Made by a program: the position numbers and the translations under genes. A stretch of 64,000 nucleotides of DNA from a virus (taxonomy: Duplodnaviria; Caudoviricetes), in IMG/VR virus record IMGVR_UViG_3300029171_000002, positions 1 through 64,000 of that record. The stretch is one strand, 5' to 3'. The stretch's first letter is position 1. The number at the start of each line of letters is the position of its first letter. Shown here one piece after another: positions 55,247-63,802 of this stretch. The notes below the pieces were generated by a model that did not search any database, was not told the DNA's origin, and worked only from the letters and a program-made list of their open reading frames with translations.

Positions 55247-55860
55247 TGGAATACCATAAGATTGAGACGCTCTATGAGCGCGACGAAGTGAGCTTCAAAG
55301 TTAAACCAGGGATTCTAAAGAATCGCACTTACAGTCTAATCAAGTCTTGGTTGTGGACTGAAAAGATTGACGGCACCAACATCAGAATCATCTGGGAACC
55401 GCCAGCACCACTGCGTTTTGGTGGCAAGACCGACAACGCTCAGATTCATACTGATCTGATCCGACATCTTTACGAGACAGTGTCGGCAGAGAAACTGAAA
55501 GAGCATTTCCCAGAAACCACAGCCGTTATCTATGGTGAGGGCTACGGGGCCGGCATCCAAAAAGGCGGCGATTACAGCCCAACTAAAAAGTTCATCGTTT
55601 TTGATGTTCTCGTGGATGGCAAATGGTGGATGAACTGGGAGAACACTTGTGACATTGCCAACAAGATTGGGTTAGAGGTAGTTCCATTCATTGGCGAGAT
55701 GACGCTCCATCAAGCAAGCGATATGGTTCGCAAGGGATTTCAGTCTCATCTCAATGATGGGAAGTTGGAGGCCGAAGGTCTCGTTGGTCGAACTGCGGAA
55801 CCCCTGTTCGACAAGAAGGGTCATCGTCTGATTACTAAACTGAAGACTAAGGATTTCTAG
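55246..55860 (+). CDS. ATP-dependent RNA ligase (Rnl2-like nucleotidyltransferase domain)
   Basis: TEKIDGTN (motif I), IYGEGYG (III), FIVFDV (IIIa), EGLV (IV), KLK (V). Confidence 0.8.
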   Translation: MEYHKIETLYERDEVSFKVKPGILKNRTYSLIKSWLWTEKIDGTNIRIIWEPPAPLRFGGKTDNAQIHTDLIRHLYETVSAEKLKEHFPETTAVIYGEGYGAGIQKGGDYSPTKKFIVFDVLVDGKWWMNWENTCDIANKIGLEVVPFIGEMTLHQASDMVRKGFQSHLNDGKLEAEGLVGRTAEPLFDKKGHRLITKLKTKDF

Positions 55861-55861
55861 T

Positions 55862-55936
55862 GCCGAGATAACTCAGAGGTAGAGTGCTGGCCTGAAAAAC
55901 CAGTGGTCGCCAGTTCAATTCTGGCTCTCGGCACCA
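55862..55936 (+). tRNA. tRNA-Phe(GAA), CCA encoded
   Basis: GCCGAGA...ACTC/GAGT, CTGGC-CTGAAAA-ACCAG, GCCAG-TTCAATT-CTGGC, TCTCGGC-A-CCA. Confidence 0.9.
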
Positions 55937-55954
55937 CAATTAAGGAGGATTACA

Positions 55955-56302
55955 ATGACGAAGTTCAATCCAGAAAACAAAGAATCCATGACTTATAGAG
56001 AATGCCTTGGGCCAGCAATGGAGATCACTGACCCTGAAGACGCAAGGCAGTACTTGCAGGACTACGTTGCCTTCACTCAGAAACACTTGGACCAAAATCC
56101 TCGCACCGATGGTTTGACGGCAGAAGATATCGCCAAAGCAAATCTTGGGTACTATGCCGGTTACTACAGCAACGAAACCCGAGAGAGAGTGGAGAGGTTG
56201 TTCTCCTGCTCACACCCTGTGTTCGGAAAGATCACAGAGCATGTGCCAACGCCAGAAGAGGCTTTCCATTCTGGCATTAATCTCATGAAGCATACGAGGT
56301 GA
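55955..56302 (+). CDS. Hypothetical protein
   Basis: AAGGAGG RBS; NLGYYAGYY motif. Confidence 0.65.
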   Translation: MTKFNPENKESMTYRECLGPAMEITDPEDARQYLQDYVAFTQKHLDQNPRTDGLTAEDIAKANLGYYAGYYSNETRERVERLFSCSHPVFGKITEHVPTPEEAFHSGINLMKHTR

Positions 56303-56305
56303 CTC

Positions 56306-56482
56306 ATGTTGGAAATCGGATTCTGGGAGTTCGCGGACAAGCACGCTGACGGCTTAGGGATTCTCGCATTTGTACTAATAGGAGCTATTGCATTCTACCT
56401 CTTTATTTTGGTCCAAATAGCGGAACAGTGGAGTTTGAGACATCGAGGTACTCCAGTGAATAAAAGTGAGGACAAAGAATGA
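56306..56482 (+). CDS. 58-aa single-TM protein (below ORF-track cut-off)
   Basis: GAGG RBS; ATGA overlap with next gene. Confidence 0.5.
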   Translation: MLEIGFWEFADKHADGLGILAFVLIGAIAFYLFILVQIAEQWSLRHRGTPVNKSEDKE

Positions 56483-56751
56483 AAACTAGCGATGGTGGTC
56501 CCGCATTCCCACACGGAAGCATTGTCTATGTTGACTCTCACGATCCTGGGATCAGGGAAGAAGTATATGCGGCCGCAAAAGGCATGTCCCTGCGAGATTG
56601 GTTCGCAGGGAAAGCCATTAGCTTATTTCCAGTTAGTGCAAACGAATTACTAATGATCCAACAAGGGAACGTGCCGAGACATAATGTGGTCGCACGGTTT
56701 TGCTACGACCTCGCCGACGCTATGATCGAAGAAAGAGAGAAGAGAAAATGA
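56479..56751 (+). CDS. Common phage protein of the GGPAFP...GMSLRDWFA family
   Basis: Both motifs plus terminal ADAMI. Confidence 0.7.
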   Translation: MKTSDGGPAFPHGSIVYVDSHDPGIREEVYAAAKGMSLRDWFAGKAISLFPVSANELLMIQQGNVPRHNVVARFCYDLADAMIEEREKRK

Positions 56752-57629
56752 GACCAGAACCCGGCATCTACAAAAACGTTCCGTTTGATGAGTACATGCT
56801 CTGGGAGGGATGCTCTAACTCAATGCTGAACGACATGCGTCAATCTCCCGCCCATTGCTATTATCGCAAGAGGAATCCAGAAGAACCAACACCGGCCATG
56901 ATACTCGGCTCAGCAGTTGATGCTTTGGTTTTTGAACCAGACAGTTTTAAAGCACGTTTTGCGGTTACTGAACAATGTACGGCCAAAACACAAAAAGGCA
57001 GTAGATGCTCTAATCAGGGCAGTTTGGTCGCCTTCAATTTTGACAAGGAATGCGATGAATGGTTTTGTGGAACCCACTCCCAAGCAAATTCAGCAACGGC
57101 TCCATCACAAAGAATATTATCCGCATCAGACAATGATAATGCCGTGGCTATGTCTGAAGCGGTCCGCGCTCACCAATCAGCCTCACAACTATTGACAGCT
57201 TGTGAAGCTTTTCAGGCCTCAATGCTGTGGCGGGACTCTCATGGTCTTTACTGCAAGGGTCGTCCTGACGGGATATCAAAAAAACATCAAGTTATTATTG
57301 ACCTAAAGACTACCATTGATGCAGGCCCCACGAGTTTCACAAAGACCATTTTCAATCTTCATTACTATGCCCAAGCTGCAATGTATTTGTCTGGAGCAAG
57401 ATCCTGTGGAGTAGATATTCAGGATTTTGCATTCATTGCTGTCGAAAAAACTCCCCCGTTTGGAGTCGCCGTCTATCGCTTAGAGGAATCAGCTATTGAA
57501 TTTGGCAGAAGAGAAATTGATAGGCTTTTAGCCACCTACAGAGATTGTATTGATCACGACTCTTGGCCAGGATATCCAAGTGAAATAGTAGATATTTCTT
57601 TGCCAGAATGGGTGATTCGATCGCTATGA
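56748..57629 (+). CDS. PD-(D/E)xK exonuclease, RecE/exonuclease VIII-like
   Basis: AMILGSAVDAL, KGRPDG, IIDLKTT, YYAQAAMY, FIAVEK. Confidence 0.85.
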   Translation: MRPEPGIYKNVPFDEYMLWEGCSNSMLNDMRQSPAHCYYRKRNPEEPTPAMILGSAVDALVFEPDSFKARFAVTEQCTAKTQKGSRCSNQGSLVAFNFDKECDEWFCGTHSQANSATAPSQRILSASDNDNAVAMSEAVRAHQSASQLLTACEAFQASMLWRDSHGLYCKGRPDGISKKHQVIIDLKTTIDAGPTSFTKTIFNLHYYAQAAMYLSGARSCGVDIQDFAFIAVEKTPPFGVAVYRLEESAIEFGRREIDRLLATYRDCIDHDSWPGYPSEIVDISLPEWVIRSL

Positions 57630-58141
57630 CAAGGCCACACAAGAAATACAAACGGAGGGCAATCCTTACTCTTGAAGCCAGGCTTTGGAGAAATGTAGAA
57701 AAGTCTGATGATGGATGCTGGTTATGGACCAAGGCGGTTCGTCGTGATGGCTATGGTGCCATAGAGGAATACGGAACAAAATTCAATCACGCTGTCCACA
57801 GATTGTCTTGGATGTTGGCCAATGGACCAATTCCAGAAGGTCTTTATGTTTGCCATCACTGCGACACAAAACGTTGTGTTAGGCCAGACCACCTTTTTCT
57901 CGGGACAGCCAAAGATAATACCCAGGATTGTATCAAGAAGGGGCGCTTTCAGAACGTATCACCATACAGGAAAACAAAACTCACAGAAGATATAGTGAGA
58001 TCGATTCTAGAAATGTCCAATGGAGGGGCACGCCAGATAGAGATCTGCAAAAGTCTTAACCTGAGAGACGATCAAGTGTGTCGAATTGTTAATCGAAAAA
58101 GATGGAAACATGTAAAGGAGAATGTCAATGAATGCAGGTAA
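57626..58141 (+). CDS. HNH homing endonuclease
   Basis: GCWLWT...GYG...HRLSW...VCHHCD...CVRPDHLFLGT..DN. Confidence 0.85.
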   Translation: MTRPHKKYKRRAILTLEARLWRNVEKSDDGCWLWTKAVRRDGYGAIEEYGTKFNHAVHRLSWMLANGPIPEGLYVCHHCDTKRCVRPDHLFLGTAKDNTQDCIKKGRFQNVSPYRKTKLTEDIVRSILEMSNGGARQIEICKSLNLRDDQVCRIVNRKRWKHVKENVNECR

Positions 58142-59234
58142 GACAGAGTTCCTTGAGGGACCGATTGAAACCGTATCGGCTCTTGAGGTCATCAATAAGT
58201 CAGAGATTGACATCCAGATCTCGACTGCGAAGAAGTATCCACGGCTCATCAAAAAGTTCAAGGATGAAGCCTTGGCAATGGCCACACTTGACGAAGAAAC
58301 CGCGTCCTCATGCTTCTACGTCCTAAAGCGCAAGAACGCTGACGGCACCCCAAACAACATCGAAGGGCCTTCCATTCGCTTGGCTGAGATCATTGGTAGC
58401 GCATGGGGGAACCTGCGGTACGGTGCCAGAGTCATTTCCATCGACGACAAGTTTGTCACGGCTCAAGGCGTTTGCCACGACCTGGAAAAGAACAATAGCG
58501 CCAATGTCGAGGTCCGGCGCCGCATCACCACCAAAAGTGGAAGTCGCTACGGTGACGACATGATCGGAGTCACGGCCAATGCAGCGTGTTCCATTGCCCT
58601 GCGCAACGCAATCTTCAAGATCGTGCCTTTCACTTACGCTAAGGATATCTACGAGCAAGCGAAAAAGACGGCGATCGGAGACGCCAAAACGTTGTCATCG
58701 AAGCGTGAGAGCATGATTCAGTATTTCGGCAAGATGGGTGTCAGTAAAGACAAGATCTTCGCCAGCCTTGACATCAAGAGCGTGGACGAAATCGGGCTGG
58801 ATCAGCTGGCTACACTAAAGGGATTCGCCACGGCCATCAAAGACGGGGATTCAACGATTGAGCAGGTGTTCGAGAAGCAAGCACAGGAAACCAGTAGTGG
58901 AGCTTCCAAGCTGAACGAGAAGATGCAGGAGACTGCGACCCAACAGAAAGAAGCAGCGGCACCGACAGAAACAGCGGCCCAAGGCACTCTAATTCCAGAG
59001 ACACAACTAGGTGAAGACGTACCGACCGACGACGCTGTTCTAGACCTTCGCTTAGCCATCAAAGAACTACTTACGAAGAACTTTACTCCCAATGTCGTAG
59101 GTTCAAAACTGACTACCCTCAGCAAGCGACCAAAGTCAGGTGGCGGGCACGAGTACTTGACGACCAAGACCCTTGAAGAATGCTCTGACGTGGAATGGCT
59201 CCAACTCACTTACGCTAATCTCTCTTCCAAATAA
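58122..59234 (+). CDS. Putative single-strand annealing/recombination protein
   Basis: GPSIRLAE...WGN...DLEKN pattern; follows the RecE-like gene (positional inference). Confidence 0.5.
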   Translation: MSMNAGKTEFLEGPIETVSALEVINKSEIDIQISTAKKYPRLIKKFKDEALAMATLDEETASSCFYVLKRKNADGTPNNIEGPSIRLAEIIGSAWGNLRYGARVISIDDKFVTAQGVCHDLEKNNSANVEVRRRITTKSGSRYGDDMIGVTANAACSIALRNAIFKIVPFTYAKDIYEQAKKTAIGDAKTLSSKRESMIQYFGKMGVSKDKIFASLDIKSVDEIGLDQLATLKGFATAIKDGDSTIEQVFEKQAQETSSGASKLNEKMQETATQQKEAAAPTETAAQGTLIPETQLGEDVPTDDAVLDLRLAIKELLTKNFTPNVVGSKLTTLSKRPKSGGGHEYLTTKTLEECSDVEWLQLTYANLSSK

Positions 59235-59261
59235 ACTACGATCACGACAAGGAGAAAATCA

Positions 59262-59489
59262 ATGGCTACGGGGACTCCCAAAGGTTTCAACTCCAATGCA
59301 GTTGGGTCAGATGTCGAGTGTTGTTACTACTTCAATGATGCGGATTTACGTGAGGCTGCGGGGGAAAAGAAAGAGCCAGCAGGTAAACCGCATGGAGCCA
59401 CGGGTTCAAGTTGTGGTGGTATGGTTCGCAGTGTGAATTTTGCAGTCGAGGTTTTGCAGCGCAAACGCTTGGAAGCACTCCAGGCGTAA
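59262..59489 (+). CDS. Hypothetical protein
   Basis: AAGGAG RBS. Confidence 0.5.
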   Translation: MATGTPKGFNSNAVGSDVECCYYFNDADLREAAGEKKEPAGKPHGATGSSCGGMVRSVNFAVEVLQRKRLEALQA

Positions 59490-59538
59490 CAGGTTCTCAT
59501 CCCGGTGCAATCACGGCCGGGATGAGGGTATTTCAAAA

Positions 59539-59646
59539 ATGATCCCAGCCATCATCGTCCTCTGTCTGTTCGTCGTCGCTGCGTTTGCAGCTTTGGTTTA
59601 CGTTGGCTGGCAGATTGTAAAGGATTTTAAGGAGAATTTTAGATGA
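59539..59646 (+). CDS. 35-aa single-TM peptide
   Basis: GAGGG RBS, hydrophobic, ATGA overlap. Confidence 0.45.
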   Translation: MIPAIIVLCLFVVAAFAALVYVGWQIVKDFKENFR

Positions 59647-60005
59647 GTTCAATCACGCTTCAACTTGACCCAGTGGCTATCCGGGAGGCCACATCGCAGG
59701 CGATCATGGGATTGCTGACACCGGAGATGAAGACAAAGATCATCACCGATGCCTTGTCAAATCTCCTGAAGCCCTCTACTGACTCATGGAGAAATAACAA
59801 AACACCCTTGGAGGAAGCTTTCAACAACGCCGTTATTCAGGTTACTCAGAAAATGGCCAAGGAAATGGTCGAGGGTGATGCTGATCTTGTGGCCAAGATC
59901 AAGGATTTGATCAACCAAACTGCTCACAAAGTACTCAACACGGATGTCGAGAAGTTGGCAGGAAAAATGTCAGATTCGTTTATTTCTTCAATGCGGAGAG
60001 ATTAA
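59643..60005 (+). CDS. Helical hypothetical protein
   Basis: AAGGAG RBS. Confidence 0.6.
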   Translation: MSSITLQLDPVAIREATSQAIMGLLTPEMKTKIITDALSNLLKPSTDSWRNNKTPLEEAFNNAVIQVTQKMAKEMVEGDADLVAKIKDLINQTAHKVLNTDVEKLAGKMSDSFISSMRRD

Positions 60006-60010
60006 TCCAA

Positions 60011-60469
60011 GTGATCACCACCTTCTTCGTCGATGGCAAGTCTGCACCCAAGGGGAGTACATTTTCTTTCAAAAACAAGAAAGGGAAGATCATCACGATG
60101 CAGGAGGGATCCAAAAAACTCTACGCATGGCAGGACGCAATTGGGTATGTCGCCAAGCAGAATGGAGTTCAGGTCTCGGATGGGGCTATCCATCTGAAGC
60201 TCAACTTTTTCATGCTGCCGCCGAATAAGTCCAAGTACTGGTTTCCACCACGGCCGGATTTGGACAAGCTTTGTAGGAGTTGTCTCGATGCGCTTTCGGG
60301 TGTGGCATACGCCGACGATTTTCAAGTAGTTTCAATTCAAGCAACTAAGCAGTACTCGACTCATCGGTCTGGAGTAGCAATCACTATTCAAACCATCACG
60401 GAGGAAGAGTTATGGCAAGAACGAGAAAAGCCGCCAAGCCAGGCGGGCCTGAACCTAAGTATGTCCTGA
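60011..60469 (+). CDS. rusA: RusA-family Holliday junction resolvase
   Basis: PDLDKL...LDALSG...DDFQVV. Confidence 0.85.
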   Translation: MITTFFVDGKSAPKGSTFSFKNKKGKIITMQEGSKKLYAWQDAIGYVAKQNGVQVSDGAIHLKLNFFMLPPNKSKYWFPPRPDLDKLCRSCLDALSGVAYADDFQVVSIQATKQYSTHRSGVAITIQTITEEELWQEREKPPSQAGLNLSMS

Positions 60470-60954
60470 TCAACGCAATATCCCCCAAGGGCCAGGAAGT
60501 TCTCAATCTGATGCTTGCCCTCATAAATGAGAATCACGAAGAACTTGTCAATGCCAACATCATTCCGGCATGGATGATGGGCAACAAGGAAGACAAAGAC
60601 GGACATTTGATCTTGGGCAAGATGAAGAAAGCCAGTGAGCTCGAACGCGAAGCTCACGGAGCTGATGGATTCCTGCTCTTGAATCATGAGGCATGGGAAG
60701 TGTTTGACATCAACCAGCGCAGGGCTTTGGTCGATCACGAGCTTGAACACTTGGCGTTAAGTTTTGACGCGGAAACCGCAGAACCGAAGCGTGACGGGCA
60801 CGACAAACTAGTGTATCGTTTGCGGAAACACGATGTTGAAGAGTTCCAGTGCATCATCAGACGACACGGTTGCTGGAAGGACGATCTCCGGAAGTTCGCT
60901 GAGGATGCGCTGAAGGCGGATAAACAAAAGAATCTCGCTCTCACCGCAGGGTGA
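60412..60954 (+). CDS. Phage metallopeptidase (HExxH)
   Basis: ALVDHELEH...HDVEEF. Confidence 0.8.
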   Translation: MARTRKAAKPGGPEPKYVLINAISPKGQEVLNLMLALINENHEELVNANIIPAWMMGNKEDKDGHLILGKMKKASELEREAHGADGFLLLNHEAWEVFDINQRRALVDHELEHLALSFDAETAEPKRDGHDKLVYRLRKHDVEEFQCIIRRHGCWKDDLRKFAEDALKADKQKNLALTAG

Positions 60955-61029
60955 GCTCCGGCAGGTTCGTCGGTCACAGGGAACGCACCCTCTCTCTGCA
61001 CGGGCCTGCTGGATGCCAGAAAGGACATC

Positions 61030-61806
61030 GTGGAATTCACGCTTGAAGAAGCAGAAGCAGCAACCATCCTTCGTGGCGTCGTCGGATCTACCGTTCACGG
61101 GCTTCAGGTCAGTGATGGCGTCGATGATACTGATGAGATGGCAGTAACTGTCGAACCATTCAACCGCGTTGTCGGGTTCCAAGAGTTTGAACAACATATT
61201 TTTAGGACAGCCGCTGTCAGAGAAGGAAAGCAGGATGCCCGATCAAAGTCAGGAGATCTGGACTTGGTGATCTACTCTCTCAGAAAGTATCTCCGGCTGG
61301 CACTGAAGGGGAATCCGACTATTCTTAATCTGCTGTTCATCAAGCATCCATTCGTAACTAAGATGACACCGCCTGGTGAGCAATTACAGAAGCTCCATCC
61401 CTACATCATCAGTCGAAAGGCCGGTGGTGCGTTTCTTGGCTATCTCACGGCGCAGAGACAGCGGATTAATGGTGAGGGTGGGCAGAAAGGCGTGCGGCGT
61501 CTAGATCTCGAAGAGAGATACGGCTTTGATGTGAAATATGCCATGCACATGCTCAGGCTTGGATTTGAAGGCGTGGAGTTAATGAGTACTGGGAACCTCA
61601 CTCTCCCAATGCGTGAACCCGAGAGGTCGTACCTTTTGGATGTGCGCACAGGCAAAGTGTCGCTACAGGATTGCCTCACTCGTGCCGGCGAATTGGAACG
61701 CGAGTTGAAAGATCTATGGGATAGCTCGCCATTACCAAAAGAGCCAAATCAAGGAATGGTCGAAAGTTGGATGATGAACGCCTACCGTGAAATGTGGGGA
61801 TTTTGA
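61030..61806 (+). CDS. DNA pol beta-superfamily nucleotidyltransferase (RlaP/YcgL-like)
   Basis: VGSTVHGL...DDTD, GNPTIL..LF, KYAMHMLRL. Confidence 0.8.
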   Translation: MEFTLEEAEAATILRGVVGSTVHGLQVSDGVDDTDEMAVTVEPFNRVVGFQEFEQHIFRTAAVREGKQDARSKSGDLDLVIYSLRKYLRLALKGNPTILNLLFIKHPFVTKMTPPGEQLQKLHPYIISRKAGGAFLGYLTAQRQRINGEGGQKGVRRLDLEERYGFDVKYAMHMLRLGFEGVELMSTGNLTLPMREPERSYLLDVRTGKVSLQDCLTRAGELERELKDLWDSSPLPKEPNQGMVESWMMNAYREMWGF

Positions 61807-62525
61807 TGAGAACAAAACTGAACTGCCTCAGCTATTGGTATCCGAAGATCGAACCGGTTGTGCCAACTCCCAAGACGGTCATCCTGCGAACCGATCTTGA
61901 GTTGTTGCGAATCTACGACTTTGAAGAGAAGAAAGACGAAGCGACGATGGAGAAGTGGCGTCTCTTTCTTGAAGAAATGAAGTCTGCAGCCAAACCATTT
62001 GGAACACCTTTCTTTCTCAGAACCGGTCAAGGCTCTGGCAAGCATGGATGGAAAGACAACTGCTTCGTCCAAGACGTTGAGAAGATTGGAGACCACATTT
62101 TGAGTCTTGTCGAGTGGTCTGAATGCGTGGACATATTTGGACTTCCATCTGACGTTTGGGTGATTCGTGAATTCCTTCAGCTTCAGGCGCCGTTTTCATT
62201 ACCAGGCTACGGCGACATGCCGATCGCAAAGGAGTTTCGATGCTTCGTTGACGAGGACAAGATCCGCTGCATTCATCCGTACTGGCCAGAGAATGCTATT
62301 GAGCATGGACGCCCGCCGGGACACTGGAAAGTACATTACGAAGACCTACTTGTCTTGAATGATTGGGATGAAAATAAGGTAAGAGATTTGGCCAGCAAGT
62401 GCGGCAAGGCTCTTGGTGGCTCGTGGAGCGTCGATATCTGCGTTACGCTGGCTGGAGAGTGGGTTGTCACGGATTGTGCTGTTGCCGAGAATTCATGGCA
62501 TTGGCCGGAGTGTAAGAATAAATGA
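61806..62525 (+). CDS. ATP-grasp protein, R2K/Cdc123-like
   Basis: PFFLRT, WVIREFL, EFRCFV, WSVDI...WVVTD; ATG overlaps upstream TGA. Confidence 0.65.
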   Translation: MRTKLNCLSYWYPKIEPVVPTPKTVILRTDLELLRIYDFEEKKDEATMEKWRLFLEEMKSAAKPFGTPFFLRTGQGSGKHGWKDNCFVQDVEKIGDHILSLVEWSECVDIFGLPSDVWVIREFLQLQAPFSLPGYGDMPIAKEFRCFVDEDKIRCIHPYWPENAIEHGRPPGHWKVHYEDLLVLNDWDENKVRDLASKCGKALGGSWSVDICVTLAGEWVVTDCAVAENSWHWPECKNK

Positions 62526-62731
62526 GCTTCACCTACGACGACGCCATTGCCATCATCCGAGAGATGAAGAACGACCCGCCATCGGAAGAGACTTACCATG
62601 GCAGTGAACGATGGATTTTCAGCTGCTGCAGTGGCGATTGGAAGACGGGTCACAAGATCACTTGCGCTTGGACCAGGGCAAAGCGGATACTGGAAGCATA
62701 CGACGAAGAAAATAAACCTGCGTCTTTATGA
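62522..62731 (+). CDS. Small hypothetical protein
   Basis: CC...H...C, ATGA overlap. Confidence 0.55.
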   Translation: MSFTYDDAIAIIREMKNDPPSEETYHGSERWIFSCCSGDWKTGHKITCAWTRAKRILEAYDEENKPASL

Positions 62732-62837
62732 TCCCACCACCGATCCTACCTCCGGCTAGCCACCGGGAAATCCTGCCAGAAGGTATCCACGCTGTTAACG
62801 GGCCGGAGCGATTCGGCCCAGCCCGCCTGGAGGGAGT

Positions 62838-63173
62838 GTGAGACGCGCTATCAGGGGAGGAGAGTTAAAACTTGGGCCAGGGCTGAGAAAGTTCTGGATG
62901 CGGTACAATGGCGAAATACTCGCCGAGGCTATTGCGAAAGATGAACTTACTTTCGGGGATATAGTCGTTCTTGATGGAGATGGCTATGTGAGAAGAATAA
63001 GAGACGAAGATCCTCCATCCTCCGTTGCTGGACAAGTATACAAGACTAAAGACAGACTAGTGACAGTATGTGTCAGAGGCAACGCTACCGTGGCAACCGC
63101 AGCTCCAGATACTTCAGCACAACCTCTTGACCCTCAACCTTCCGAACCAGAGCGTCAAACTCCTCACGAGTAA
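62838..63173 (+). CDS. Last rightward gene, starts MRRAIRGG
   Basis: GGAGG RBS, GTG start. Confidence 0.6.
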   Translation: MRRAIRGGELKLGPGLRKFWMRYNGEILAEAIAKDELTFGDIVVLDGDGYVRRIRDEDPPSSVAGQVYKTKDRLVTVCVRGNATVATAAPDTSAQPLDPQPSEPERQTPHE

Positions 63174-63351
63174 CCGCGGGCTTTGACTGCGTGGCCGTGC
63201 TTTGATCAATCTTGATTCCAAATGGATCTTTTGGTGCCGGCGCAGCGTTAGGATCACCGGTTGGGATAAGATTCGATCCTGGGCCTGGCTGGCCCGGATT
63301 GGTTGGACCCGTGGAAAGGATTGGATCTGGGACTGGGGGACCTGATGGCAT
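63085..63351 (-). CDS. Pro-rich N-terminus + short coiled coil
   Basis: GAGG RBS favours MPSGPP at 63351. Confidence 0.5.
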   Translation of the reverse strand: MPSGPPVPDPILSTGPTNPGQPGPGSNLIPTGDPNAAPAPKDPFGIKIDQSTATQSKPAVTREEFDALVRKVEGQEVVLKYLELRLPR

Positions 63352-63364
63352 GATAGACCTCGCT

Positions 63365-63733
63365 TTATTCCTTGTCTTTTTTCTCATCTGAACTCGCTGG
63401 CCCGAACCAGCCAACGACCCTGCGAATAATCAATGGCGCAATCAGTTCAGCAATCGCACCTAAAAAGAAACAGCTGGCAACGTGGAGTGGGAGATCCAAG
63501 ACTTCCATGAAAGGCATTGGCAATTTGTCGACATAAATGGCTCCCAGAACCCATTCTGCACCCAAGGTCATAACCGACGTTGTTGCGACTTGAACGTCAC
63601 CGACCATGTATTCTGCGATGATTCTCCAGAGTGAGACAGTATGATCGGCAGTTTTCCTTAAAAGGTAATTGCCGAGCTTGATAAAATAAGGGAGTGCGAC
63701 GCCTACAAAATACCAGAGCCAGTACCTGTTCAC
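63365..63733 (-). CDS. Holin-like membrane protein
   Basis: Three hydrophobic segments, charged tail DEKKDKE. Confidence 0.5.
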   Translation of the reverse strand: MNRYWLWYFVGVALPYFIKLGNYLLRKTADHTVSLWRIIAEYMVGDVQVATTSVMTLGAEWVLGAIYVDKLPMPFMEVLDLPLHVASCFFLGAIAELIAPLIIRRVVGWFGPASSDEKKDKE

Positions 63734-63802
63734 GTCACATCCGATCCGAATCGCTTATTGTCGAAGGTGACGGCCTGGACAATAGCTCTCGTGCTTTCTA
63801 AT

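Noticed and set aside
33586-55936. tRNAs as prophage attachment sites
   Set aside because: No integrase, no duplicated tRNA 3-prime fragment and no host genes in the window
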